From Chloroflexi bacterium UBA2235 (GTDB lineage: Bacteria; Chloroflexota; UBA11872; UBA12225), in the NCBI GenBank assembly GCA_002347925.1, contig DDYL01000108.1, positions 11,416 through 44,388 of the forward strand: 32,973 nucleotides of DNA, read 5' to 3'. A program made the position numbers and the translations under genes. The notes beneath the pieces are model-generated. The model was not told the origin of the DNA and did no database searches. It worked only from the letters and a program-made list of their open reading frames with translations. Of this stretch, positions 14,909-24,068 are shown one piece after another (positions within the stretch are counted from its first letter, which is position 1; the number at the start of each line of letters is the position of its first letter).

Positions 14909-15081
14909 TTGGCATCGGGCGGCGGTCCGGCGTGAACTTCCTTGCGCATCCCCGCTGCAGGCGCAGGAATTTTCAGGAAGACGCCGTATCCTGTTGGCCG
15001 GGGTCCGTGCGCTGAAATCGGTGTCACGGTCCTGATTGTCCGACGGGTCATCAACCCGGCCGGCAGGGAGGGTAGACATTC

Positions 15082-15975
15082 ATGGCACGAATCCGTCCAA
15101 CACTGCATGGCTCGCAACTCGGTGGTGGCAATCTCTCGTTCGAAGAAAAGGTCGTTCTTGCGGGTCGGACGGGCTATCCGGCGGTTGACTTCAACCTTGC
15201 CGAAGCGCATGCCTACGGTGACAACGCCAAGGTTCGCCATCTTCTCGATGCAAACGGCGTCGTGCCGGGAACCATCGGTGGTGTTGTTCGCGCAGGCGTC
15301 TTTTCCCCAGAGGAAGAGTTTGCGACTGCGCTCGAACATGTTCACGCGCTCGCCGCGGATGTCGTGGCACTTGGTGGAAGTACCACTGGCGGCGGGATTA
15401 GCCGTTTTGCCGCGATGCCGAAGGCGGAAGCGTGGCCGATTGCGGTTGAGCGTCTCAAGCGAATGGATGCCGCCCTCGATGGCACTGGCGTCCGGATTGG
15501 GCTCGAGTTCCTTGGTTGCCCGGTATACAAGCCGGAAACCATTACCCACTGGACGTCTAGGGGGGAAACACACCCGTTCATCCAGTCCCTCGCAGAAACA
15601 AATGAGATTCTTCACGAGGTGAAGTCGCGGAATGTCGGCATCACACTCGACTCTTACCACTGGTACGGGTCGGATGGAACGATTGCCCAGATCCGTGAGA
15701 CTCCGGGCGCATGGATAACCTTGTTGCACATTAATGATGGGAAGTCTGATGTGGCGAGGCACGACCTCCATGACTTTGACCGGATCATGCCGGGCGAGGG
15801 GAACTTCCCCTTGGCCGATTGGTTGTCAGCGATCAGTCACACGGGTTTCGATGGCTTTGTCGCTCTTGAGGTGCTTGGCCCGCGCATGGCGGGGGTCGCG
15901 CCAGAGGCATACGCCGCTGCGGGTCTCGATTGCCTGCGACCAATTTATGCCAAGGCGGGTCTATCACTGACCTAG
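15082..15975 (+). CDS. sugar phosphate isomerase/epimerase (xylose isomerase-like TIM barrel)
   Basis: ATG 15082 follows GGGAGGG. Family-typical motifs: GYPAVDF, LEFLG, TLDSYHW, LLHINDG, GFDGFVALEVLG. The 300-aa antisense ORF 14869..15771 is a shadow ORF. Confidence 0.85.
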   Translation: MARIRPTLHGSQLGGGNLSFEEKVVLAGRTGYPAVDFNLAEAHAYGDNAKVRHLLDANGVVPGTIGGVVRAGVFSPEEEFATALEHVHALAADVVALGGSTTGGGISRFAAMPKAEAWPIAVERLKRMDAALDGTGVRIGLEFLGCPVYKPETITHWTSRGETHPFIQSLAETNEILHEVKSRNVGITLDSYHWYGSDGTIAQIRETPGAWITLLHINDGKSDVARHDLHDFDRIMPGEGNFPLADWLSAISHTGFDGFVALEVLGPRMAGVAPEAYAAAGLDCLRPIYAKAGLSLT

Positions 15976-15986
15976 CCGGGCTCGCG

Positions 15987-16026
15987 CTCCGACCGTCAAG
16001 GGCGTTCGTCGGTCGGAGTCTGTTTT
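15987..16026 (+). terminator. candidate intrinsic terminator
   Basis: A 9-bp stem CTCCGACCG/CGGTCGGAG with a 14-nt loop, then TCTGTTTTG. Confidence 0.5.
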
Positions 16027-16059
16027 GCGGCAGGGAACGCCAATCTGTGGGGGTGGAAC

Positions 16060-17496
16060 ATGGCAGATCAGGAACAGGCAGGTCGCGCTGTCGGTGGGGA
16101 CGACAGCGTGCTTGGTTCGGTGGGTGCGCGCCGGGGCGTCCTGGCGAGTGCGGTAGCAGGCGCGGCCCTGGTGGCGTGCGGTGGCGACACCGCGCCAGCG
16201 GCACCGGCGGCACCAGTCGCCAAGGCAGAACCAACCAAGGCACCGGCGGCGGCAGCACCGACAACCGCACCGGCTCCGACCACGGCCCCAGCGGCACCCG
16301 CGGCGAAGGCGGTTCCAACCGTCATCAGTGCGCAAACCGAACTGCAAGTCTGGCTCAATGACCACGGTCCGGAAGTGCAGAAGTGGTGGGATGACGAATT
16401 GATGCCGGCGTTCAAGAAGGAACAGCCGAACATCAAGGTCGTGGTCAAGTGGGAGAACTGGACCGGGGTCGCCGATCGTCTGAATGCGGTGATGGTTGCT
16501 GGTTCCCTGCCGGACGTGTTCACGGGTGGTGCGGAATGGGTTGGGTCGATGGCCGGCAAGAAGATGGCCCTCGACATCTCGCCGTACGTGAAGGTCTGGG
16601 GCGAGTCGTCCGACTTCACCGAGTCCGCGATGAACGCCACGATGTCCGGTGGCAAGAACTACGGTGTCCCGGTCACTTCCGATGCGCGCGTGCTGGTCTA
16701 CCGGAAGGACCTGTTCCGTGCGGCTGGACTAGATCCCGAGAAGCAGCCGACCTCGTGGGAGGAACTCCTTGACTGGGGACGCCGTCTCACCAAGACCGAG
16801 GGTGACAAGATTTCGGTGTCCGGGTACGGCATGACGACCAACTGGTCTTCGTGGTGCGCGTACATGTACCAGGCCGGCGGCGACTACGTGACCGCCGATG
16901 GCGCCAAGGCCACCGTTGACACGGCGGCGGCTCAGGATTGGGGCCAGTTCATCTGGGACGTCTTCAACAAGTTCAAGCTTGCCGATCCCAAGGGACTGCC
17001 TGGAGCCTTCGAGACAGGTCAACAGGCCATGACCGAGGCGGGTCCGGGCGTTGGTCTCGCAATGCAGAAGAACGGCGGACTAGATAACCTCGGGATTGCC
17101 TCGCCGATCAAGCGCAAGTCGCAGCAGACAGCGGTGTTCACGAACTGGCTTTGCGTTGGCGCCCAGACCAAGGTGCCGGACGCGTCGTGGAAATTCGTTG
17201 AGTTCTACACGCGTGCGGCGAACATGCAGAAATTTCATGAATTGCGCGGTTCACCGCCTCCGCGCAAGGCACTCCAGTCGCAGGCATACGTCAAGGACAA
17301 TCCGGTGTTCCGGCGGTTCGGCGAGATTGCCGGGCAGTACGGACGCGCCTTCACCCCGTCATGCGCGTGGACAGACTTCCGGCAGCAGCTGATCGACTTC
17401 AACAAGGAACTCGCCGAGAAGCAGCGCACGGCCAAGGATGTGCTCCCGGAACTCGGGCGTGACATGGCAAAGGCGCTGGGTGACTGCTCCAAGTAG
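16060..17496 (+). CDS. ABC transporter substrate-binding lipoprotein (family 1, carbohydrate type)
   Basis: Tat-like RRGVLAS with lipobox LVAC-GG, followed by a roughly 45-aa Ala/Pro/Thr linker. The body is typical of sugar SBPs (LQVWLNDHG..., KVVVKWENW..., LPDVFTGG). Confidence 0.9.
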   Translation: MADQEQAGRAVGGDDSVLGSVGARRGVLASAVAGAALVACGGDTAPAAPAAPVAKAEPTKAPAAAAPTTAPAPTTAPAAPAAKAVPTVISAQTELQVWLNDHGPEVQKWWDDELMPAFKKEQPNIKVVVKWENWTGVADRLNAVMVAGSLPDVFTGGAEWVGSMAGKKMALDISPYVKVWGESSDFTESAMNATMSGGKNYGVPVTSDARVLVYRKDLFRAAGLDPEKQPTSWEELLDWGRRLTKTEGDKISVSGYGMTTNWSSWCAYMYQAGGDYVTADGAKATVDTAAAQDWGQFIWDVFNKFKLADPKGLPGAFETGQQAMTEAGPGVGLAMQKNGGLDNLGIASPIKRKSQQTAVFTNWLCVGAQTKVPDASWKFVEFYTRAANMQKFHELRGSPPPRKALQSQAYVKDNPVFRRFGEIAGQYGRAFTPSCAWTDFRQQLIDFNKELAEKQRTAKDVLPELGRDMAKALGDCSK

Positions 17497-17524
17497 CGCC
17501 TTGAAGCCAGCTTGACCCTGTTCT

Positions 17525-17565
17525 GGGTGGCGGACCGGTTGCCGGGCCGCCACCCACTTTTTTTT
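17525..17565 (+). terminator. intrinsic terminator after the SBP gene
   Basis: GGGTGGCGG-A-CCGG[TTG]CCGG-G-CCGCCACCC followed by AC and a run of eight T (17558-17565). Confidence 0.8.
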
Positions 17566-17584
17566 CGGAGCCGGCCCAGATCTA

Positions 17585-18331
17585 TCAGCGGGTGAAGATG
17601 GTTCCCCGCACGTAGTCGGCATCGGCACTCGCCAGGAATGCCAGCACCTTGGCAACGCCGTCTGGTGAGGCTAGATGGGCACTTGCAAGGGCAGCTTCGG
17701 GGTCGTGGCCGGACGCAATCGCACCGTCACGCACGTTGTCGCGCTTGAGGGGTGTGTCAATCGAACCAGGACAGATTGCGTGGATGCGGATGTTCTGCGG
17801 GGCAAGCCGGGACTCCAGGACCATGACCATGCCGTGGACGGCGGCTTTGCTGGTTCCATAGGCAATTGACGAACTGCCACCCTTGACACCTGCGCCCGAG
17901 GCGATGCACAGGACGACACCACCACCGGTCGACGCGATTTTTGGCGCGCAGTGCTTGACCGTCAGGAAGCTTCCGCGGACATTGACATCCTGCACGCGTT
18001 CGAATGTCTCCAGGGGGAAGTCGTCAAGCGGGACGAATGCCCCTTGCAGGATGCCGGCACAGGTGACTAGACAGTCAACGTGACCGAATGCCGCAACCGC
18101 GCGTTCGGCGAGATTGGCACAAGCCGCCTCATCGGTGACATCGGTCTGGACGAACACCGCTTCGCCCCCGTGCGCGTGAATCGTGGCAAGGGTCTCCGAG
18201 GCATCTGCTTCACGGATGTCAGCAATGACGACGCGGGCTCCGTCGGCAGCGAACTGGATCGCCGTGGCCCCGCCAATGCCGCGGGCTCCACCGGTGATGA
18301 TGGCCACCTTGCCTGAAAGTCGTCCGGTCAC
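17585..18331 (-). CDS. SDR family oxidoreductase
   Basis: ORF 17585..18385. GTG 18331 lies 7 nt after AGGAGA. Signatures: GKVAIITGGARGIGGA and YGTSKAAV. Confidence 0.9.
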   Translation of the reverse strand: MTGRLSGKVAIITGGARGIGGATAIQFAADGARVVIADIREADASETLATIHAHGGEAVFVQTDVTDEAACANLAERAVAAFGHVDCLVTCAGILQGAFVPLDDFPLETFERVQDVNVRGSFLTVKHCAPKIASTGGGVVLCIASGAGVKGGSSSIAYGTSKAAVHGMVMVLESRLAPQNIRIHAICPGSIDTPLKRDNVRDGAIASGHDPEAALASAHLASPDGVAKVLAFLASADADYVRGTIFTR

Positions 18332-18417
18332 GTGTCGTCTCCTGTTGCACGCTCTTGGGACACATGTCTCCCGAGAGGTGCGCAATCTCTGGTTGTTTCT
18401 CAGTGAGATGGGTTGTC

Positions 18418-19275
18418 CTAAACGACCCAGTGAAGTCCCATGTCATGGACGATGCGGTCGACGGCCTGCTTGGCAGCCGGGATCCGTTCATCCGGGAGGT
18501 GTTCGATCAGCGCAAAGCCGTTCGGCCGGATTGCCTCGTAGGCACGGAAGAACGCCGGGAAGTCAAAAATGCCCTCTGAGGGAGCACATTCCTCCACCTT
18601 GATTGGCATGCCATCACTGACCCGCAGATCTTTCACGTGGGCACAGACGATGTAGTCAGAGAGATGGTGGAAGATGTCGGCAATGAGCGCCGCAGTGTCG
18701 TATGCCAATGGGAAGGTCGAGGCGAAGTTGACCGGATCGCAGTTGTATCGAAGGGCGGGAGATCCGACCGCGTCGATCACTCGCCGGACCCGCGCGGGAG
18801 AATCGAGAGGCGAGATGCTTCCGCACTCAAGACCAATCGTGACCCCCTCGGACGACGCAACCGTGCATACAGCAGCGAGGCTCGCCACGAGTCGGGCCTC
18901 GGTCTCGGCGGTGTGATTGCCCGGATGCGGTCGCCAATCCCCCGTCAAGTTGAGACTGCCGGGACGGATCAACAGGAAGTCTGCATCGAGGACGTGGGCA
19001 CCGACGCACGCGCGCTGGGCCAGTCGGATGCCCTCGGCACGCCGTTCCGGGTCGGCGTGGACGAGAGACGGATACCGTGCGTTCGCCTGGGCCACATGGA
19101 CGCCTGAGTCGGCCAGGACCTGACGTGCGTGCGCGAGGACATCGTTCGAGACCCCATCGGGATCGGGAAGCATGACACTTGCACCTGTGAAGCCTAGGTC
19201 TCGGATGACGGCGGCGTGCGCGGCTGTGATTTGGGCGGGGTCGCCCGGCAGAAGTCCAACTACACCTGATCGCAT
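18418..19275 (-). CDS. sugar phosphate isomerase/epimerase (xylose isomerase-like TIM barrel)
   Basis: 285-aa ORF with TIM-barrel family features (GFTGASVML..., GLECGS..., AHVKD..., GFALIEH). It lies upstream of and co-directional with the SDR at 17585. Confidence 0.85.
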   Translation of the reverse strand: MRSGVVGLLPGDPAQITAAHAAVIRDLGFTGASVMLPDPDGVSNDVLAHARQVLADSGVHVAQANARYPSLVHADPERRAEGIRLAQRACVGAHVLDADFLLIRPGSLNLTGDWRPHPGNHTAETEARLVASLAAVCTVASSEGVTIGLECGSISPLDSPARVRRVIDAVGSPALRYNCDPVNFASTFPLAYDTAALIADIFHHLSDYIVCAHVKDLRVSDGMPIKVEECAPSEGIFDFPAFFRAYEAIRPNGFALIEHLPDERIPAAKQAVDRIVHDMGLHWVV

Positions 19276-19398
19276 GGCGCGGAGGATATCCGCGGACGTG
19301 GCGTCGCGCCAGAAGGCCGAAATGGGTTTGGTGAGGGGCGGGTGGGATTATCCTGCGGGGTCGTGGCCGGGGGCGGATCACGTGGAAGGTGGCAAGAG

Positions 19399-20151
19399 AT
19401 GGACCTTGGATTACACGGTCGCGTGGCATTGGTGACCGGTGCGGGTGGCGGAATTGGTCAGGCAACGGCACGGTTGCTCGCCGCCGAGGGCGTGGCCGTC
19501 ATTGCGGCCGATATCCGTGCCGAGTTTGCGGACGCGACTGCCCGGATGGTTCGTGACCTTGGTGGCGACGCGCTGGCAGTGCCGGTAGACGTAACCGACG
19601 AGGCAAGTGTGCGGGACGCGGTCGCGGTTGGCGAGTCGTGGCGTGGTTCGATTGACATCGTGGTGAACGCCGCGGGCATCTATCGGGTGGGGCCGTTTGC
19701 CGAGATCACGTTCGCGTCCTGGGATCTGGTTCACGACATCAACCTGCGAGGAACCTTCGCGGTTTGCCAGGCTGTCCTTCCCGGGATGATTTCGCGCCGG
19801 CGAGGCAGCATCGTCAACCTTGCAAGCATTTCCGGCCGGACGAAGGCGACCCTTGCGGCACCAAGTTACGTGGCATCAAAGGCAGGAGTGATTGGGTTGA
19901 CCATGTCCTTGGCGATGCAGACTGCGCCTCACGGTGTGCGCGTCAATGCCGTTGCACCGGGTCCGACGGAGACGGAAATGATCCTCGGCCTCGCGCCAGA
20001 GATGGTCGAAGCGCTCGTCCGAACGATCCCGATCGGACGTCTCGCCACCACCGACGAGGTCGCATCCGCAATTGTGTTCCTCGTGTCTGACCGCTCGGGG
20101 TCAACGACTGGTGAGACCCTGAATATCAACGGTGGCGCCTTCATGATCTGA
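19399..20151 (+). CDS. SDR family oxidoreductase (FabG-like)
   Basis: ORF 19342..20151. ATG 19399 gives MDLGLHGRVALVTGAGGGIGQA. Signatures: YVASKAGV and NAVAPG. Confidence 0.9.
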   Translation: MDLGLHGRVALVTGAGGGIGQATARLLAAEGVAVIAADIRAEFADATARMVRDLGGDALAVPVDVTDEASVRDAVAVGESWRGSIDIVVNAAGIYRVGPFAEITFASWDLVHDINLRGTFAVCQAVLPGMISRRRGSIVNLASISGRTKATLAAPSYVASKAGVIGLTMSLAMQTAPHGVRVNAVAPGPTETEMILGLAPEMVEALVRTIPIGRLATTDEVASAIVFLVSDRSGSTTGETLNINGGAFMI

Positions 20152-20166
20152 GCGTGTGTGGCAGGG

Positions 20167-20964
20167 TCAGTGGTTGCTGGTTCGCCTTGGCCCTTGCAAT
20201 CTGTCGAGGCTGATCCCAAGGATCACGGCGAGGGCCCCCGGTGCGAAGTCCCCAAGGACGAAGAAGAACAGGCCAATGAGCATCACGAGGATGCCGAGGC
20301 ACCGTGCAAGGCTACGTGAGACTGTCAGGGCGGTCTCAAAGCGACCGGTCAGCCTCCAGGTGATCGCTTCAATGACGAAGCCTCCGTCAAGCGGAGGGAC
20401 AGGCAAGAGGTTGATGGCTCCGGCCAGCGCGTTGATGCACGCGGCATCCGTCAGTGCCAAGGCGAACCCGTGAGCGAGGGTCGGGTCGGTCCCGGTGACT
20501 GGCGTGATGGAAAGTGCAGCTGCTTGCCAACCAAGGAAGAGGCGATTTCCCGTTGAAGGGTCAAGCAGGTCTGCCAAGGTCCAGAACACGACCGCAACGA
20601 CCGCGTTGAGTGTTGGACCCGCGAGGGCGGTGAGAGCGACGCCGCGGGGGCCAAGCGCGCGCGCATCGGTTGTCATCGCCCCCCCGGCCAGGGCGAACCT
20701 GAACAGGACTGCACGGGCACCGAGGGCGCGAGCGGCCATGGCGTGCGACGCCTCGTGGCCAACAAGTGACGTGCCGACGAGCAGGGCAGTCAGGACAGCG
20801 GTTGCCCAGACTGCGCTATCTGGCCATTCCGGACGTACCGAAGGTACCCGCTGGATGCCGAGGGCCGCGATGAGGGCCAGGATGGTGATGATCCAGGTCC
20901 AGTGCACCTGGATGCGGAACCTCAACCCACCCCATCTCTTCCGGCGTTGAGACGCTTCGCTCAT
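20167..20964 (-). CDS. site-2 protease (peptidase M50) family membrane metalloprotease
   Basis: ORF 20167..21042. Signatures: HEASH (HExxH) in a TM helix, and NLLPVPPLDGG. ATG 20964 is preferred. The longer GTG 21042 start would read through a repeat copy. Confidence 0.85.
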   Translation of the reverse strand: MSEASQRRKRWGGLRFRIQVHWTWIITILALIAALGIQRVPSVRPEWPDSAVWATAVLTALLVGTSLVGHEASHAMAARALGARAVLFRFALAGGAMTTDARALGPRGVALTALAGPTLNAVVAVVFWTLADLLDPSTGNRLFLGWQAAALSITPVTGTDPTLAHGFALALTDAACINALAGAINLLPVPPLDGGFVIEAITWRLTGRFETALTVSRSLARCLGILVMLIGLFFFVLGDFAPGALAVILGISLDRLQGPRRTSNH

Positions 20965-21003
20965 GGGTGGCCGGCGCGGAGGCTCGGACAAGGTATCAAC
21001 TGG

Positions 21004-21025
21004 CACCCCATCGCCCCTGATCGCC
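21004..21025 (+). repeat. copy of C-rich interspersed repeat (form 1), intergenic
   Basis: CACCCCATCGCCCCTGATCGCC has 18 nt identical to 5452-5469. Confidence 0.7.
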
Positions 21026-21304
21026 ACACATTTCGCCAGCACGCTTCATCGTCGAACAGTGTAGGTGGAAGCACGGCCGATGGCGTGACATCGTGACGGT
21101 GGGAGGTTCCGGGTGACGTTTGGGTGCGACCCGCGAAACCGGGGTTGCGCCGGTCGTTATCCTCTGCACGTGCGGACCGGTCGTTACGGCGACGCGGGCA
21201 CTGGGAGTGGGTTCCAAGCCTCTTCCGAGAGAGTTGGGGCGGTTGTGTCGCCCGCCCGAACGGGATGGTTTTGTTTCCCGAGTTGCCCAGATAGCGGCCG
21301 GTTG

Positions 21305-21329
21305 GTAGCGTTCTGTAGCGTGGTATCGA
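21305..21329 (+). promoter_or_regulatory. direct-repeat candidate operator upstream of the cupredoxin gene
   Basis: GTAGCGT (21305-21311) and GTAGCGT (21315-21321) have a 10-bp period. A third degenerate GTATCGA lies at 21323-21329, 42 nt upstream of ATG 21371. Confidence 0.25.
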
Positions 21330-21370
21330 ATGATGCGCGGTGATTCGGGTGCGAGTGAGGATTGCGGACG

Positions 21371-22072
21371 ATGCGACGGCCCGAGGCAAGCGTGGACAGG
21401 GTAAGGCCCTCACTGCGCAGCTGGACACTGCTGCGCGGCCTTGGCATGCTCGTACTCACGGCGTGCGCCTTGCCTGGGCTTGACCCGCTGCCGGCACGCG
21501 GAGACCCGCCATCGGGAAGTTCCACCGTTATCCTGACCGTTGGACCCGGGCCGACTCCGACTGAGGCGCAAGGACCTCAAACCAAGGATGTAGGGCAACA
21601 GGGCCCGATCCAGGCTGCTGCTGCGGTAGCGGTCACTCCATTGGCTGCCGAGGCACCTCCTCCGCCACCTCCACCCCCACCGCCGCCAGCCCCGACGGTT
21701 GCGCCGGCCGCACTTGAGGCAGCCACGGCCAATGCAGCCACCGCAATAGCCAGAGCGACGAACGTTGCCGCGACGGCTACGGCGTTGCCGGCCCAACTTG
21801 TTGTCATTAGGGGGATGGCATTCGAGCCGCCAACGCTTGCTGTGCCTCCCGGAACGGCCGTGACATTCCGGAATCTTGACAGCACCACCCATCAGATCGT
21901 CACTGGCGAGATGGATAGTGGCCGTTTGCAACCCGGCGAATCCTGGACGACAAAGTTCCAGGATGCCGCGTCGTCGCATACGTTCATCTGCCGATTGCAC
22001 CCGACCATGAAGATGGCGATCACCATCAGCGATCCGTTGAACCGAACCCCCGTGGTACGCATGAGTTCCTAG
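21371..22072 (+). CDS. cupredoxin (plastocyanin/azurin-like type 1 copper protein) lipoprotein
   Basis: ORF 21362..22072. Signal peptide with lipobox LTAC, and a long Ala/Pro linker containing 11 consecutive Pro. The C-terminal cupredoxin fold has candidate ligands H (TTHQIV) and C-x2-H-x2-M (FICRLHPTM). Confidence 0.8.
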   Translation: MRRPEASVDRVRPSLRSWTLLRGLGMLVLTACALPGLDPLPARGDPPSGSSTVILTVGPGPTPTEAQGPQTKDVGQQGPIQAAAAVAVTPLAAEAPPPPPPPPPPPAPTVAPAALEAATANAATAIARATNVAATATALPAQLVVIRGMAFEPPTLAVPPGTAVTFRNLDSTTHQIVTGEMDSGRLQPGESWTTKFQDAASSHTFICRLHPTMKMAITISDPLNRTPVVRMSS

Positions 22073-22138
22073 CAGGATCCACCACTTCCCCGCACCCCTG
22101 ATGTAGACGCGTCGATTTGTACTGGAAGGGTTGAACCG

Positions 22139-22363
22139 ATGCCGATCTACGAGTACGTCTGTGATCCGTGTGGGCGCGAGTTTGAACTCATGCGCCCGAT
22201 GAGCCAGTCTGGGGAAGGGGCGCCGTGCCCGACGTGTGGAACGTCATCACCGCGGGTCCCCTCGGTGTTCGCGAGCAAGGAGAACTACATGGTGAAGGTG
22301 CCACGTAGTCCGGCCCTCCGTGCCAAGCGTCCGTCTGAACCTGTCGATCCGGCCAGCGCCTAG
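22139..22363 (+). CDS. FmdB-family zinc-ribbon protein
   Basis: MPIYEYVCDPCGREFE...APCPTCG is the hallmark CxxC...CxxC N-terminus of the family. Confidence 0.85.
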   Translation: MPIYEYVCDPCGREFELMRPMSQSGEGAPCPTCGTSSPRVPSVFASKENYMVKVPRSPALRAKRPSEPVDPASA

Positions 22364-22385
22364 GTGTCGTTGCTCACGACATTCG

Positions 22386-23873
22386 TCACGGCTTGCCGGG
22401 GTTGAGCCATCCGTCTGCGTCGAAGACACGCTTGACAGAGGATTGCGTCGCCCGGTCTGCGGGTGACATCACCCAGTCGAGATAGGCGGCCTTCTCCAAC
22501 CCGACTCCGTGTTCGCCGGAGAGGGTGCCCCCGGCGTCGATGCAGGCCCGAAGGATCTCCTCACCGGCCTTGATGACCCGTTCGGTGAGCCCGGGAATCC
22601 GGGCGTCGTACAGGATGTTCGGGTGCAGGTTGCCGTCTCCGGCGTGGAACACGTTCGCGATCAGGAGGTTTTCGCGCTTGGCTAGGTCCTGCACTTTGGT
22701 GAGGACTTCGACAAGGCGTGACCGGGGCACGACACCGTCCTGGATGTAGTAATTCGGTGCAAGGCGACCGAGTGCCCCCAGGGCTCCCTTGCGTCCGCGC
22801 CACAGACGTTGCCGTTCTTCAACTGATGCGGCGACACGCACCTCCCGTGCGCCGTACTGCGTCAGGAGGGCTTCCACATGACTGGCGTCTTCGGCACAGG
22901 CTTCGGAGAGTCCCTCGACCTCCACGAGGAGGAGCGCCTCCACCCCCTCCGGGTACTCGGGGAACCCTCCACCACGCAGGGCACCGATGGTGACGCCATC
23001 GACAAACTCGAGCGCGGCCGGAATGATCCCCGCTTCGATGATCGCTGAGGTCGCGGCTCCGGCATCGTTGAACGTATCGAAAAGCGCCAGGACCGTCCGG
23101 ACCGTTTCCGCGCGAGGCATCAACCGGACGCACACTGCCGTCACGAAGGCGAGGGTCCCCTCGCTGCCGGTCAGGATCCCGGGAAAGTCGTATCCGGGTG
23201 CGTCCGGGGAACTTGCCATGGTCCCGCAAGACACGATGGTGCCGTCGATGAGGACTGCTTCCATGCCGAGGACATGGTTGGTAGTGACGCCGTAGGCGAG
23301 GCAATGGGGTCCACCGGCATTCTCGGCGACGTTACCGCCGATGGTCGACGCGGTCTGGCTAGAGGGGTCTGGTGCAAAGTAGAGGCCGAACGGTTCTGCG
23401 GCGCGTGTCAGGTCGACGTTCACCAGACCTGGTTCGACAATCGCACGCATGTTTTCCGCATCGATTTCGCGGATCCTGTGCATTCGTGATGTCGCAATGA
23501 CCAATCCGCCGTGGATCGGGGTCGCACCGCCTGAGAGACCGGTGCCCGCACCTCGGGGTGTGACTGGAAAGCCGTACTGGCGAGCGAGCCGAATGGCGTC
23601 CGAAACCTGGCCAGTTGTGGTTGGCAGGCAGACTGCGAGTGGTCGTGCTCTCGCCATGTAGCCGTCGCCCTCGTAACTGACGAGAGCGGCTGGCTCGGAG
23701 ACCACGGCACCAGCCCCGACGATGCCACGCAATTGGCTCAGGAAGCGAGCTCGAGTTGGTTCGTCCGGATGCGGAATTGCGCCGCCATAGGCCGTAGAAA
23801 GCGCCCCCCGCGAATGCGATGCATCCAGATCGGGTGCCAGTGTCGCCCCGGCGTCATGTTGCGAGATTCTCAT
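22386..23873 (-). CDS. FAD-binding oxidoreductase (GlcD / D-lactate dehydrogenase-like)
   Basis: ORF 22386..24092. FAD-binding PCMH-type domain (FPVTPRGAGTGLSGGA) and a C-terminal FAD-oxidase domain ending HGVGLEKAAY. The start is uncertain: ATG 23873, 23903 or 23927. The longest form would overlap the divergent gene at 24069. Confidence 0.85.
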   Translation of the reverse strand: MRISQHDAGATLAPDLDASHSRGALSTAYGGAIPHPDEPTRARFLSQLRGIVGAGAVVSEPAALVSYEGDGYMARARPLAVCLPTTTGQVSDAIRLARQYGFPVTPRGAGTGLSGGATPIHGGLVIATSRMHRIREIDAENMRAIVEPGLVNVDLTRAAEPFGLYFAPDPSSQTASTIGGNVAENAGGPHCLAYGVTTNHVLGMEAVLIDGTIVSCGTMASSPDAPGYDFPGILTGSEGTLAFVTAVCVRLMPRAETVRTVLALFDTFNDAGAATSAIIEAGIIPAALEFVDGVTIGALRGGGFPEYPEGVEALLLVEVEGLSEACAEDASHVEALLTQYGAREVRVAASVEERQRLWRGRKGALGALGRLAPNYYIQDGVVPRSRLVEVLTKVQDLAKRENLLIANVFHAGDGNLHPNILYDARIPGLTERVIKAGEEILRACIDAGGTLSGEHGVGLEKAAYLDWVMSPADRATQSSVKRVFDADGWLNPGKP

Positions 23874-24068
23874 GCTTGATTGATCCTGCCACACCCGGTC
23901 CATGCGGTGCTTGCGCGACCGCGGCATCTCTTTCAGCCGGCGCCCTTGAGGGTGGTCGCGGGGAGGTTCAGTCTGGCGTGTGCCGGTTCCAGTTGCATGA
24001 TTGGCCCGCCTACAATGGGCAGTCAGGCAGTCAGCCCCAGCAGGCCGGACAGAACGAGGACTTGAGAC

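Noticed and set aside
14869-15771. 300-aa minus-strand ORF overlapping the TIM-barrel gene at 15082..15975
   Set aside because: The plus-strand frame carries recognisable xylose-isomerase-like motifs and an SD sequence. The minus-strand product has none and reads as an antisense shadow.
16180-16320. Repetitive GCACCGGCGGC-type DNA, considered as a tandem repeat or VNTR
   Set aside because: It encodes the Ala/Pro/Thr-rich tether of the SBP lipoprotein. The repeats are imperfect, in frame, and typical of such linkers.
21113-21343. 76-aa Cys-rich ORF (and the overlapping 62-aa ORF) in the long spacer, considered as a small secreted or RiPP-like peptide
   Set aside because: It has a GTG start without an SD sequence and only a weak third-position GC bias. 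Its apparent internal repeat (GRY...GRY) comes from the 10-nt DNA direct repeat, and no modifying enzymes are nearby. The region is kept as a non-coding candidate in the findings.
21410-22000. 196-aa and 103-aa minus-strand ORFs with a poly-Gly run opposite the cupredoxin gene
   Set aside because: The Gly run is simply the complement of the 11-Pro linker. The plus-strand frame has a lipoprotein signal and copper-ligand motifs.
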